Source: an uncultured delta proteobacterium (GTDB lineage: Bacteria; Myxococcota; Myxococcia; Myxococcales; Anaeromyxobacteraceae). From it: a stretch of DNA of 64,000 bases. Positions 9,758 to 20,333 of this stretch are shown here, piece by piece; positions within the stretch are counted from its first letter, which is position 1, and each line of letters opens with the position of its first letter. Both the position numbers and the translations under genes were made by a program. The stretch covers positions 192,001 through 256,000 of the forward strand of contig CAVYBH010000002.1 of the NCBI GenBank assembly GCA_963766715.1, in the 5' to 3' direction. The notes beneath the pieces were generated by a model. That model was not told the origin of the DNA and did not search any database. It worked only from the letters and a program-made list of their open reading frames with translations.

Positions 9758-10363
9758 ATGGCCCCAGGAGAGCGATTCGACGCCGGGTACTACCACCGCC
9801 ACTACCACGGGCGAGAGCGCGTCCATTCCCCCCGGCAGATTGGCCGACTGGCGTCCGGTGTGGCGGGCATGGCGGACTGGCTGGGCGTGGAGATCCGGAC
9901 GGTGCTCGACGTCGGGGCCGGCCCGGGATTCTGGCGGTCGTGGTTCCGGCGCCACCGGCCGGACGTGCGCTACCTCTCCACCGACTTCTCGCCGTGGGCC
10001 TGCCAGCGCTACGGGCACGAGCGCCGCGACATCTCGGCCTGGCGGCCGCGCGCCCGGTTCGACCTGGTGGTCTGCCAGGGCGTGCTGCAGTACCTCGGCG
10101 ACGAGGAGGTCCTGCGCGCCGTGGAGAACCTGGGCGCCGCCTGCCGGGGACTCCTGTACCTGGAGGTGGTGACCCGCCACGACCTCGAGGAGGTGGTGGA
10201 CGCGGATCTCACCGACACCGACATCCACTCGCGGCCGGGGGACTTCTACCGCCGCGCGCTCACGCCGCACTTCCGGCAGGTGGGTGCGGGGCTGTGGAGC
10301 GCCCGCTCCGCCGACCTGCGCTTCTACGAGCTCGAGGCGCCCCCGGACGTCAGTCCGCCGTAG
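9758..10363 (+). CDS. class I SAM-dependent methyltransferase
   Basis: VLDVGAGPG motif I; FDLVVCQGVLQYL. Confidence 0.85.
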   Translation: MAPGERFDAGYYHRHYHGRERVHSPRQIGRLASGVAGMADWLGVEIRTVLDVGAGPGFWRSWFRRHRPDVRYLSTDFSPWACQRYGHERRDISAWRPRARFDLVVCQGVLQYLGDEEVLRAVENLGAACRGLLYLEVVTRHDLEEVVDADLTDTDIHSRPGDFYRRALTPHFRQVGAGLWSARSADLRFYELEAPPDVSPP

Positions 10364-11203
10364 GGGCTCCCGTCCATTCCAGGCTGCGCGCCCACAGCTC
10401 CGAGGCCAGGGCAGGGTCGTCGGCCGCCCGGCTCGGCCGGCGCACCTTGCAGTCGTCGTAGTAGAGGCCGTTTCCGTCAGCCGCCTCGGGGGAGGCGACG
10501 CAGTGCAGGGTGGTCCGCGCGCCCTGCTCGGGCGAGATCATGAAGAGCTTCGCCAGGTGGCGCAGGCCCCAGGGCAGCTCTCTCCAGATGTCGGTGGCGA
10601 CCACGCCCGGGTGGAGGGCGCAGGCCATCACGCCCGTCCCCTCGAGGCGCCGGGCCAGCTCCTTCGTGAAGAGGACGTTCGCGAGCTTGGAGACCGAGTA
10701 CTCCTCCAGGCCGCCCGTGGAGGTGCCGGGGCGCCGCACCGCGTCCCAGTCGATCGCCTTCGCCCTGTGGTGGGCCCGGCTCGCCACGTTCACGATGCGG
10801 GACGGGGCGCCCTGCTTCATGCGGTCGAGGAGCAGGAGGGTGAAGAGGAACGGCCCGAGGTGGTTCGTGCCGAAGGTGAGCTCGAAGCCGTCCTTCGTCA
10901 GGCCCCGCTGGCCGGCCAGCCCCGCGTTGTTGACGAGCCCGTGCAGGGGGAGCCCCCGCGAGAGGAAGGCCCCGCGGCGGCGCGAACCGACGCCAGGTCG
11001 GCGAGGTCGAGGGGAAGGAACTCGGCCCGCCCGCTGCCGGAACGTCGCGGATCTCGCTCGAGGACCGGAGCCGTCCTCGCCTCGGAGCGGTTGGCGAGGA
11101 AGACGTGGCCTCCGCGCCGGGCGAGTTCCCGGGCGGTCACCCGGCCGATTCCGGTGCTGGAGCCGGTGACGATGAACACCTTTCCGGCGAGGTCGCTGGA
11201 CAT
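10350..11203 (-). CDS. SDR oxidoreductase, retinol dehydrogenase-like (frameshift near 10975)
   Basis: TGSSTGIG, VNNAG, RIVNVAS, YSVSK, LHPGVVAT. Confidence 0.85.
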
Positions 11204-11216
11204 GGGATGGGAGTCC

Positions 11217-11780
11217 TCAGGGCGCCGGCTTCGCCGCGGCGCCCGGTCGCGTGAGCGGAGGTCCGGCGCGTGCGGTGGCGCCACCGGCCAGATCCTCGAC
11301 ATGATCCAGGAGACGGCGATTCCGACGCAGCACCCGAAGATCACCTCGACCACCTTGTTGAACCCGTGCTCGATGCCGGTGATCTTCGAGCCGTGGGTCA
11401 CCCCGTCGGCGATGACGATGGCGGCGGTGATGGGCGCCTGGCGCCACATCACGGGGATCCGGACCACGTAGGTGGAGAGGATCACCGTCACGGCGAGCGC
11501 GACGGGCAGCTTCCACTCCCGGGGACCGCCGATGGAGAGGAAGACGAGCCCGACCACGGCCCCGATGGAGGCGTTGAGGATGCGTCCGCGGAAGGTCCGC
11601 TTGGCCTGGGTCCAGACCGGGTCGGAGGACGCGATCATCGAGGCGATGGCCCAGATGGGATTCGCGTCGGAGACGGCGCGGAGCGAGAACCAGCAGATCG
11701 ACGTGCCGAGGAAGACGTTCAGCGCGAAGCGAACCCCCAGCAGGTCGTCTTCCCGGAAGCGATCGGGGATCAGTCTTCAT
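11217..11780 (-). CDS. FUSC/aromatic acid exporter-like membrane protein (frameshifted)
   Basis: NPIWAIASMIASSDP...RILNASIGAVVGL...KVVEVIFGCCVG; several TM helices. Confidence 0.7.
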   Translation of the reverse strand: MKTDPRSLPGRRPAGGSLRAERLPRHVDLLVLAPRRLRRESHLGHRLDDRVLRPGLDPGQADLPRTHPQRLHRGRGRARLPLHRRSPGVEAARRARRDGDPLHLRGPDPRDVAPGAHHRRHRHRRRGDPRLEDHRHRARVQQGGRGDLRVLRRNRRLLDHVEDLAGGATARAGPPLTRPGAAAKPAP

Positions 11781-11796
11781 GGGCGCCGCGGGCTCC

Positions 11797-12714
11797 TCAC
11801 TCGTGGGACTGCGGAGGGTTGCCCCGCGACCGGTACACCATGCCGGTCTTGGTGGCGCCGAGCAGCACCCAGTCCCTGGCCGCGAACTGGAGCGAGACGA
11901 AGAACTGCTCCGAGCGCTTCACCGCCTTCGAGTGGAGCTCGTCCCGCTTCTGGAACTTCACCTGGTAGGCGAACTCCCCCACGAGCGGCGTGTGGTCGCC
12001 GCGCTCGCGCCAGAGGGCCACGTTGGCCTTGGCCGTGAGCCCCTTCCCGAAGTCGAGCGTGCCGACGTCCTGCAGCACCTCCTCGACGATGGTGTGGTTC
12101 ACGAGGGCCACCTTCTCGTCCTTCAATCGCTGGAGCCTGGCCAGCGCGGGGAGGCCGCGCGCGATGGTCGCCATCTTGGTCGGGTCGGCCTCGTGCATGT
12201 GGCTGAGCGGGAACTCGCAGTTGTGGGAGTAGAGGACGCGCACGCCGCCGACCTGATCCTTCAGCGGAAGCACCTCGGCCTTGAACTTGATCCGGTACGG
12301 GCCCTGGATCAGGGGCCGGACGTCCGTGTCGGCGGCGGCCTGGAGATCCGTGCCGCGAATCTTGAAGACGATCTCGGGATCACCCACCGGGAATCCGTCC
12401 TGGTAGGGGACGCGGCGGCGGAGGATGAAGCCGTTCCGGTAGAGCCGGAAGTCGGGCGTGTCGAGGAACACGACCTCCCGGATCTGGGGACGGTCCTTCT
12501 CGTATCCGTCGGAGGAGAAGCCGACGTCGCACTCCCGGGCCACGCCCTTCACGAGCTTCGCGAAGTCGAAGAAGCTCTGGCGCGACGTGAAGCGATCCGG
12601 CTTCAGGATGATCTTGGACTCGACGTACTGGACGTCGTCGAGCGGGTGGCCGTCGCTGTACGTGCCCGGATGGATCTCCGGGACCTTCTGGATCGGCTCG
12701 ACCTTGTCCTTCAT
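11797..12714 (-). CDS. hypothetical protein, CYTH/triphosphate-tunnel-like
   Basis: YVESK and FLDTPDFRLYRNGFILRRR resemble CYTH ExExK and YxDT...LRxR motifs. Confidence 0.6.
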   Translation of the reverse strand: MKDKVEPIQKVPEIHPGTYSDGHPLDDVQYVESKIILKPDRFTSRQSFFDFAKLVKGVARECDVGFSSDGYEKDRPQIREVVFLDTPDFRLYRNGFILRRRVPYQDGFPVGDPEIVFKIRGTDLQAAADTDVRPLIQGPYRIKFKAEVLPLKDQVGGVRVLYSHNCEFPLSHMHEADPTKMATIARGLPALARLQRLKDEKVALVNHTIVEEVLQDVGTLDFGKGLTAKANVALWRERGDHTPLVGEFAYQVKFQKRDELHSKAVKRSEQFFVSLQFAARDWVLLGATKTGMVYRSRGNPPQSHE

Positions 12715-12820
12715 GCGGGCGCCCTTATTCGTTGCGGCGGATGGATGCCCGAGAATAGCCCATGGAAGCCCCGACCGAGCGTGGCCAGGAGGGACGCCGG
12801 GTGGGGGGAGGTGAGCGCGC

Positions 12821-13897
12821 ATGCGGGACCGGGTCGTGGTGGTGACGGGGGCGTCGAGCGGAATCGGCGCCGCGACGGCGCGGGCAGCGGCCCGCCGGGG
12901 TGCACGGGCCGTGGTGCTCATGGCGCGCTCGGCCGGCCCCCTGGAGGCGGTGGCCCGGGAGGTGCGCGACGCCGGCGCCCGGGCGCTCGTGGTCCCGGTC
13001 GACCTGGCCGACGCGGACGCGGTGGCGGAGGCCTGCCAGCGGGTCGAGCGGGAGCTCGGCTCCCCGGACGTCCTCGTCAACAACGCCGGGGCAGGGCGCT
13101 GGCTCTTCGCCGACGAGACGCCGCCCGCCGAGGCGGTGCAGATGATGGCCGCGCCCTACTTCGCGGCCTTCTTCACGACCCGGGCCTTCCTTCCCGGGAT
13201 GCTCGCCCGGCGGAGCGGCCGGCTCGCCTTCGTGACCTCGCCGGCGGCCTATGCGCCGTGGCCGGGCGCGACCGGCTACGCGGCGGCGCGCTGGGCGATC
13301 CGGGGCCTCGCCGAGGCGCTCCGCGCCGACCTCCACGGGACGGGGCTGGGCGTGACGCTCTTCACGGCGGGGAAGGTGAGCTCCCCGTACTTCGCCCACA
13401 ACCCGGGCGCCGAGGAGCGGATGCCCGGCATCGCCCGGCTCTATCGCACGCTCACGCCGGAGGAGGCCGCCGCCGCCCTCGTCCGCGCCATCGAGCGCCG
13501 GTCCGGCGAGGTGGTGGTCCCCGGGCTCCTGCGCTGGACGATGCGCTTCCAGCGGGTGTGGCCGGGCGCCGTGGCGTGGATGCTCACCCGGACCGGGGCG
13601 AGCCGCCGCGTAGCCCGGCAGGAGCCAGCACCCGCCGGCACGCTCACCGGCGCTTCGGCTTCCAGGAGCCGACCAGCGTCGACTTGCGGGCGGGCTGCGC
13701 CCCGCCTTCCCCGGCCGACTCCGGCCTCGACGACGGGGGCGGGGTGTGGGCGCCGCGGTTGTGGCCGTGCGGGTGCCCCACGCCGCGCTTCCGGGACGTC
13801 TCGGTGCGCCGGCTCGGGCCGCCGCCACCGGGTCGCCGGTGGGGCGGGATCCCCTGGTTGGCGCGCCCCTCGGCCGCACGGGCCGACTCGGAGATGA
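12821..13897 (+). CDS. SDR family oxidoreductase (true stop probably near 13613; ORF runs into the helicase gene)
   Basis: TGASSGIG, LVNNAG, YAAAR. Confidence 0.85.
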   Translation: MRDRVVVVTGASSGIGAATARAAARRGARAVVLMARSAGPLEAVAREVRDAGARALVVPVDLADADAVAEACQRVERELGSPDVLVNNAGAGRWLFADETPPAEAVQMMAAPYFAAFFTTRAFLPGMLARRSGRLAFVTSPAAYAPWPGATGYAAARWAIRGLAEALRADLHGTGLGVTLFTAGKVSSPYFAHNPGAEERMPGIARLYRTLTPEEAAAALVRAIERRSGEVVVPGLLRWTMRFQRVWPGAVAWMLTRTGASRRVARQEPAPAGTLTGASASRSRPASTCGRAAPRLPRPTPASTTGAGCGRRGCGRAGAPRRASGTSRCAGSGRRHRVAGGAGSPGWRAPRPHGPTRR

Positions 13898-15014
13898 AGA
13901 CCGCGGTGTCGCGAGGCACCTCGGCGCGGGGGATGAGGTTCCGGGTGAGCTTCTCAATCTCGCGGAGGAGGGGGACCTCCTCCGGGGAGCAGAACGCCGA
14001 CGCGCGCCCGCTGGCCTCGGCGCGGGCCGTGCGGCCGACCCGGTGCACGTAGTCCTCGGCGACGTGGGGCAGGTCGAAGTTCACCACGTGGCCGATGTCG
14101 GCCACGTCAATCCCGCGGGCGGCGATGTCGGTGGCGACGAGGACCCGGTAGGTGCCGTCCTTGAAGCCGTCGAGCGCCATGCGCCGCTGTCCCTGGGTCC
14201 GGTCGGCGTGGATGCGGGCCGTCTTGTGGCCGGCGCGCGCCACGCCCTTCCACACGCGGTCGGCGCGACGCTTGGTGCGGGTGAAGACCAGCGTCGAGAG
14301 GTCGTCCTCCGCCAGCAGCGCGAGCAGGAGCGGCAGCTTCTCCTCCTGCGAGCACAGGAAGACCTGCTGGTCGGCGCGGGCCGCGGTGGTCCCGCTCCGG
14401 GCCATCTCGACCCGCACCGGGTCGCGGAGGTGCGAGGCCGCGAACTCGGCCACCTCGCCGCCCATGGTCGCGGAGAAGAGCATCGTCTGCCGGACCTTGG
14501 GCAGCCGCTGGAGGATCCGGGTGAGCTGGGGCTTGAACCCCATGTCGAGCATCCGGTCGGCCTCGTCGAGCACCAGGACCTCGATGTCGTCGAGGCGGAC
14601 CGTGCCCTGCTGGAGGTGGTCGACGAGCCGGCCCGGCGTCGCGATGATCACCTCGCGCCGGTCCCGGAAGGCCTGCGTCTGCTGGCCCATGCCCACGCCG
14701 CCGATGACCACGGCGCCGCGCACGCTGCGCCCCTTCCCGAAGCGCTCGAGCTCCTCCCCAATCTGCAGCGCCAGCTCCCGGGTGGGCGCGAGCACGAGCG
14801 CGCGCGTGCCGGTCTTGCCGGTGAGCCGCTCGAGGATCGGCAGGAGGAAGGCCGCGGTCTTGCCGGTGCCGGTGGCGGCCGTGCCGATCACGTCCTTGCC
14901 CGCCAGGGCGGGCGGGATGGCCTGGGCCTGGATGGGGGTCGGCTGCTCGAAGCCGGCGCGGTCGAGGGCGTGGAGGGACTTCTCGGAGAGCTTCAGGTCG
15001 CGAAAGGTGGTCAC
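13644..15014 (-). CDS. DEAD-box ATP-dependent RNA helicase (RhlE-like)
   Basis: Q motif PTPIQ, ATGTGKT, PTRELA, TPGR, DEAD, SAT, ARGID, HRVGRTAR. Confidence 0.95.
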   Translation of the reverse strand: MTTFRDLKLSEKSLHALDRAGFEQPTPIQAQAIPPALAGKDVIGTAATGTGKTAAFLLPILERLTGKTGTRALVLAPTRELALQIGEELERFGKGRSVRGAVVIGGVGMGQQTQAFRDRREVIIATPGRLVDHLQQGTVRLDDIEVLVLDEADRMLDMGFKPQLTRILQRLPKVRQTMLFSATMGGEVAEFAASHLRDPVRVEMARSGTTAARADQQVFLCSQEEKLPLLLALLAEDDLSTLVFTRTKRRADRVWKGVARAGHKTARIHADRTQGQRRMALDGFKDGTYRVLVATDIAARGIDVADIGHVVNFDLPHVAEDYVHRVGRTARAEASGRASAFCSPEEVPLLREIEKLTRNLIPRAEVPRDTAVFISESARAAEGRANQGIPPHRRPGGGGPSRRTETSRKRGVGHPHGHNRGAHTPPPSSRPESAGEGGAQPARKSTLVGSWKPKRR

Positions 15015-15120
15015 GGGCTCCTTATCGCACGGTTCCCGCGTTTTTCCTCTTCACCGGGACGAGCCCGCCACGAGGTCCACGTCGTCGGGGGAATCACCAC
15101 GCACCGGCTAAGATGGCGCC

Positions 15121-16854
15121 GTGACCCAACGCCTGGGAGGCGCCGGCAAGATCGGCCTCGGAGCCCTGACGGCGGCGACCTTCTTCATCGTCGCCGGCGG
15201 TCCCTACGGGACCGAGGAGATCGTTCGTGGCCACGGGTACGGGGGCGCCCTCCTGCTCCTCGTGCTCGTGCCCGTCCTCTGGAGCTTGCCGGTGGGGCTC
15301 CTCGTCGCCGAGCTCGGGGCCGCGCTCCCTCACACCGGCGGCTTCACCGTCTGGGTGACGCGGGGCCTCGGGCGGTTCTGGGGCCTCCAGGAAGGATGGC
15401 TCTCCGCGGTGGTCGGCCTGGTGGGCCTCGCCATCTATCCGGCGCTCATGGTCGGGTACCTGGCCAGGTTCTGGCCGGCGCTCGGGGAGGTCGGCATCGG
15501 GCAGGCGGGGTGGTGGGCCTGCCTGGGGCTCGTGGCGGTCTGCACCGCCTGGAACGCGCTCGGCATCCGACGGGTCGGGCTAGGCTCGGAGGCCCTGGGC
15601 ATCCTGCTCCTCGCACCGTTCGCGGCGGTCATCGTGCTCGGCGTGCTGGCGCTTCCGGCCGGAGGACTCGAGGCGGCGAGGGCCGCGTTCCGGGCGGCGC
15701 CCGTGAAGGACGACTCCGCATGGGTCGCGGGGCTGGTCCTCGCGATGTGGAACTACACCGGTTTCGACAACGCCGGGACGTTCGCCGCCGAGGTGGAGCG
15801 CCCCCAGCGCAACTACCCGCGCGCGATGTTCCTCTCCATCGCGATCATCGCCGGGGTCTACGTCGCCAGCCTGCTCGGCGCCTCCGCCAGCGGGATGACG
15901 CCAGGTGAATGGGACGAGGGAAGCTGGGTGGAGGCCGGGCGCCGGGTCGGGGGCGCCAGGCTGGCGGTGGCGATCGCGCTCGGCGCGGTGGCGTCCGCAG
16001 CGGGGATGTTCCTCGCGGCGCTGCTCTCCTGGTCGAGGCTCGCCGAGGCCATGGCCGTCGACGGCTGGCTGCCGTCGACGCTGGCGCGCCGGGGCGGGCG
16101 CTCCGGCACGCCCACCGCGGCGGTCGTGCTGGGCGGGGCGCTCTCTGCCCTCTTCGTCGGTCTGGGCCTGAAGCGACTCGTCGAGATCTACGTGCTGCTC
16201 TACGGCGCCGCCCTGATGCTGGAGTTCGCGGCGCTGGTGGCGCTGAGGGTTCGGGAACCCGGGCTCCCGAGGCCCTTTCGTGTGCCCGGGGGCGTGATCG
16301 GCTGTGCGCTGCTCGCCGTCCCGCCCGCGGTGCTCCTCGCGGTGGCCGCCTGGACGGGGCGAGGCGAGCCCGGCGCCTTCGGCCTCACTGCCCTGCAGAT
16401 CGCACTCGCGCTCGGCGCCACCGGGCCGATCTGGTGGCTCATGGCGCCGAGGGCGACGACCGCGTCCCGGGCGTCCCGGATGGCTGCCTCACCGGCTCGC
16501 CCAGAGCGCGGCCAGCGCCAGCGCGGCGGGCACGGCCTGAACGTAGAGGATCGTCCGCTGCACCGAGACCGATCCGTAGACCCCCGCGGCGACGACGCAG
16601 AGCAGGAAGAACGTCGCGCGTGGGAGCAGCTCCGGGCCGGAGGCGAGCGCCCAGACGAGCCCGGCGGCGAGGAATCCGTTGTAGAGCCCCTGGTTGGCGG
16701 CCAGCTGGGCGGTCATCTCGGCCTTCTCCGCGCTCATGCGGAAGAGGCGGCGCGCCCGGGTGCGCCAGAGGAACATCTCCAGGATCAGGAAGTACAGGTG
16801 AAGCAGGGCCACCAGCGCGACGAGTCCGAGGGCGAGGGCTCTCATCCCGGCTGA
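15121..16854 (+). CDS. APC family amino acid/polyamine permease (true end probably 16490-16540)
   Basis: AGGPYGTE, AELGAALP..GG, WNYTGFD...AEVE.PQRNYPRA, LPRPFRVP. Confidence 0.85.
   Translation: MTQRLGGAGKIGLGALTAATFFIVAGGPYGTEEIVRGHGYGGALLLLVLVPVLWSLPVGLLVAELGAALPHTGGFTVWVTRGLGRFWGLQEGWLSAVVGLVGLAIYPALMVGYLARFWPALGEVGIGQAGWWACLGLVAVCTAWNALGIRRVGLGSEALGILLLAPFAAVIVLGVLALPAGGLEAARAAFRAAPVKDDSAWVAGLVLAMWNYTGFDNAGTFAAEVERPQRNYPRAMFLSIAIIAGVYVASLLGASASGMTPGEWDEGSWVEAGRRVGGARLAVAIALGAVASAAGMFLAALLSWSRLAEAMAVDGWLPSTLARRGGRSGTPTAAVVLGGALSALFVGLGLKRLVEIYVLLYGAALMLEFAALVALRVREPGLPRPFRVPGGVIGCALLAVPPAVLLAVAAWTGRGEPGAFGLTALQIALALGATGPIWWLMAPRATTASRASRMAASPARPERGQRQRGGHGLNVEDRPLHRDRSVDPRGDDAEQEERRAWEQLRAGGERPDEPGGEESVVEPLVGGQLGGHLGLLRAHAEEAARPGAPEEHLQDQEVQVKQGHQRDESEGEGSHPG
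16489..16845 (-). CDS. DUF1304 family membrane protein
   Basis: VALLHLYFLILEMFLW...ANQGLYNGFLAAGL. Confidence 0.9.
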   Translation of the reverse strand: MRALALGLVALVALLHLYFLILEMFLWRTRARRLFRMSAEKAEMTAQLAANQGLYNGFLAAGLVWALASGPELLPRATFFLLCVVAAGVYGSVSVQRTILYVQAVPAALALAALWASR

Positions 16855-17755
16855 TTAACCGCCGATCCCGCGCCCCGCCTGCCGGGCGCCGCGCCCCTCG
16901 AGGCGCTCCAGGACGAACCGGGACACGATGCGCAGGCGCTCCGCGTTCCGGAGGGCCCGGTGGAAGACGAGGAAGAGGTCGCGGTGGAGGATGGGCGCGC
17001 TCCCGATGCGCCGCAGGCCGGGGTGCTCCCCCAGGTAGTCGGGCAGGATGCCGACGCCGGCCCCGGCGAGCAGCGCCTCCCGCAGCGCCAGGCTGGCGTG
17101 AACCCGGACCCGCACCCGTTGCCTCGGAGCGTGCGCCTGCAACCACGACCCCTCCGGGGGAGGCGTCCATCGACTCGTGCAGCGCGACCAGGTCGTCGCC
17201 GGGAAGGAGGCTGGCGCCGGCCTCGCGCGGGTGCTCCTTCAGGTAGCGCGGCGAGGCGTACGGGGAGAAGGGCACGGATGCCAGGCGGCGCATCACGAGG
17301 TCCCGCTGGCGGGGGCGCACGAAGCGGAGCGCCAGGTCGGCCTCGCGCCGCGAGAGGTTGGCGACGGCCGACTCGGCGGCGAGGACCAGGTCGATCCCGG
17401 GATGCTGGCGCGCGAACGCATCGAGGGCGGGAGCGAGCAGGGCGAGCCCGAGCCCCTCCGGGGCGCTGAGGCGCACCGAGCCGCGCGGCCGCTCGTCGAG
17501 CCGGTCGAGGTCCCGCCGGGCCGAGAGCACCTCGCGCTCCATCGCCTCGGCGTGGGCCTGCAGGCTGCGCCCCGCCGGCGTGAGCTCGTACCCCCGCGCA
17601 CCGGCCTGCACGAGCTCCGCTCCGAGGGATCGGGCGAGCGCCGCGAGCCGCCTCGACACGGTGGGCTGGGAGAGCCCCAGCCCCGGGGCGGCGGCGCTGG
17701 CGGAGCCGGACCGGGCCACCGAGAGGAAGATCCGGAGGTCGTCCCAGGACACCAT
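16855..17755 (-). CDS. LysR family transcriptional regulator (frameshift near 17155)
   Basis: WDDLRIFLSVARSGS...LSQPTVSRRL HTH; EADLALR substrate-binding domain; divergent from an MFS gene. Confidence 0.9.
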
Positions 17756-17827
17756 GCGAAAATGCATAGCACAGATGCAGGAACGAGTCGTGACGCCGCG
17801 GCGGGGCCCGGGCAGATCCCTCCCTTC

Positions 17828-19102
17828 ATGAAGCGCATCCACTACGGCTGGTTCGTCGTCGGCACGACCTTCGTGGTCCTGCTCGTGTCGGCCGGCATCC
17901 GCGCCACCCCCGGCGTCCTCATCGTCCCGCTCGAGCACGAGTTCGGCTGGTCCCGGGCCACCATCTCGGCGGCCATCTCGGTGAACCTGCTCCTCTACGG
18001 GCTGATGGGGCCGTTCTGCGCCGCCATCGCCGAGCGGTTCGGGATCCGGCGGACCATGGGCTTCGCCATGGCGCTGCTCGCGACGGCGCTCTTCCTCGCG
18101 ACCTTCGTTCGCCAGCCCTGGCAGCTCTTCGTCACCTGGGGCGTGCTCGTCGGGACCGGCACGGGCATGGCGGCCCTGGTCATCGGGTCGATGGTGGTGA
18201 CCCGCTGGTTCTCGCGACACCGCGGCCTGGTCCTCGGGGCGCTCACCGCCGCCACGGCCACCGGGCAACTCCTCTTCCTCCCCCTGCTGGCCCGGGTCGC
18301 CGAGGGGGACGGCTGGCGGGCGGCCCTGCGCATCGTGTCGATCGCCGCGGTGGGGGCCGCCGTCATCGCGCTCGCCTTCGTGCGGGAATCCCCCGCCGCC
18401 CTCGGTCTTCGCCCGGTCGGCGCGCGGGAAGGGGACCCCGTCCCCACCCGGCGCCCCGGGAATCCGGCGGTCATCGCGGTCCAGACGCTGGCGCGCGCCT
18501 CGCGGACGAAGGACTTCTGGTTGCTCGCCGGCACCTTCTTCGTGTGCGGGGCGAGCACCAACGGGCTCATCGGCACGCACCTCATCCCCGCCTGCATGGA
18601 CCACGGCATCCCCGAGGTCCGGGCGGCCGGCATCCTCGCCACCATGGGGATCTTCGACCTCTTCGGCACGACGATGTCCGGGTGGCTCACCGACCGCTGG
18701 GACAGCCGCAAGCTGCTCTTCGCCTACTACGGCCTGCGAGGGCTCTCGCTCATCTTCCTGCCCGACGCGCTCGTGACCGACGGGACGGGGTTGAACGTCT
18801 TCACCGTCTTCTACGGCCTCGACTGGATCGCCACCGTGCCTCCCACCGTGCGGCTCGCCACCGATCGGTTCGGCGCCATGGACGCCCCCATCGTCTTCGG
18901 CTGGGTGTTCGCGGCCCACCAGGTGGGTGCGGGGCTGGCCGCACTCGGCGCCGGGATCATCCGTACCGAGACCGGGGACTACCACCACGCCTTCGTCGCC
19001 TCCGGCGCGATGTGCCTCGCTGCGGCGCTCATGGCGCTGTTCGTGAACCGGCAGCGCAGGCCGGGCCTGGCGGGCGTGGGGCTGGCGCCGGTGGACGGGT
19101 AG
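17828..19102 (+). CDS. MFS transporter
   Basis: IHYGWFVV, AERFGIRR, GWLTDRW; 12-TM pattern. Confidence 0.9.
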   Translation: MKRIHYGWFVVGTTFVVLLVSAGIRATPGVLIVPLEHEFGWSRATISAAISVNLLLYGLMGPFCAAIAERFGIRRTMGFAMALLATALFLATFVRQPWQLFVTWGVLVGTGTGMAALVIGSMVVTRWFSRHRGLVLGALTAATATGQLLFLPLLARVAEGDGWRAALRIVSIAAVGAAVIALAFVRESPAALGLRPVGAREGDPVPTRRPGNPAVIAVQTLARASRTKDFWLLAGTFFVCGASTNGLIGTHLIPACMDHGIPEVRAAGILATMGIFDLFGTTMSGWLTDRWDSRKLLFAYYGLRGLSLIFLPDALVTDGTGLNVFTVFYGLDWIATVPPTVRLATDRFGAMDAPIVFGWVFAAHQVGAGLAALGAGIIRTETGDYHHAFVASGAMCLAAALMALFVNRQRRPGLAGVGLAPVDG

Positions 19103-19135
19103 CGCCCGGCTTCGGCGCCGGGCAGACTGTCCTCC

Positions 19136-20211
19136 ATGCGAATCCAAGCCCTGGCCGCCGCCCTGCTGCTCGCCGCCTGTGCATCGGCCCCCGTTCGCGG
19201 GGCCGGGCGCCTCGCCCGTCGCCCCGAAGGCCTCCGGACCCTCGCTGGCGCTCCCCGGCGAGCGCCACCTGGCCAACGTCCGGCAGCTCACCTTCGGCGG
19301 CGAGAACGCCGAGGCCTACTGGTCGTTCGACGGGAAGCTCCTCATCTTCCAGTCCACGCGCGACGGCGCGCCCTGCGACCAGCAGTACGTGATGGCCGCC
19401 GACGGCTCGGACGTGCGCCGCGTCTCGAGCGGCGCCGGGCGCACCACCTGCGGCTACTTCTTCCCGGGCGGCGACCGGATCCTCTACTCCTCGACCCACG
19501 AGGCGAGCGCCGCCTGCCCGCCCCAGCCCGACATGAGCATGGGCTACGTCTGGCCGCTCTCCGACTACCAGATCTACACGGCCCGGCCCGACGGCTCGGA
19601 CGTGAAGGTGCTCGCGCCGGCGCCCGGCATGTACACCGCCGAGGCCACCGTCTCGGCGGACGGCTGGATCGTCTTCACCTCCACGCGCGACGGCGACCTC
19701 GACCTGTACAAGATGCGGCTCGACGGGAGCCAGATCACCCGCCTCACGAGCGAGCCCGGGTACGACGGCGGGGCCTTCTTCTCCGCGGACGGCAAGCGGA
19801 TCGTCTACCGCGCCAGCCATCCCGGGCCAGGCGCCGAGCTCGACGAGTACCGCTCCCTGCTGGCGCGGAAGCTGGTCCGGCCCACCCGGCTCGAGATCAT
19901 GGTGATGGACGCGGACGGCCAGAACGTCCGGCAGGTGACCCGGCTGCGCGCCGCCTCCTTCGCGCCCTTCTTCTTCCCGGACGGCAAGCGGATCATCTTC
20001 TCCTCGAACACCGGGGACCCGAAGGGGCGGAACTTCGACCTCTACGTGATCCGGGACGACGGGTCCGGCCTGGAGCGGGTCACCACCTACGAGGGCTTCG
20101 ACGGCTTCCCGATGTTCTCGCCGGACGGCAGGAAGCTCGTGTTCGCGTCCAACCGGAACGGGTCGCAGGCCCGGGGAGACGAACCTCTTCGTCGCCGACT
20201 GGGTGGAGTGA
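19136..20211 (+). CDS. TolB-like PD40 beta-propeller lipoprotein (frameshifts near 19190 and 20170)
   Basis: Lipobox LLAAC; repeated FSxDGKRIxFxS; ends ETNLFVADWVE. Confidence 0.85.
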
Positions 20212-20333
20212 CGCCTGGCGGGGGAGGGGGCGGGGGCCTATCGAGAAAGGTGGAAACGGGGTACAACTGACCCCTGATTTCGCCCCGACCTCCGTTCGCT
20301 CCGAGCGGTCGCCTACCGAGAAAAGAGGCGACC

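Noticed and set aside
13614..13897. Long antisense overlaps (SDR/helicase, APC/DUF1304, PilZ/aqpZ, clcA/GH3)
   Set aside because: The extensions are low-complexity Arg/Pro/Gly sequence, consistent with stops lost to indels in high-GC DNA.
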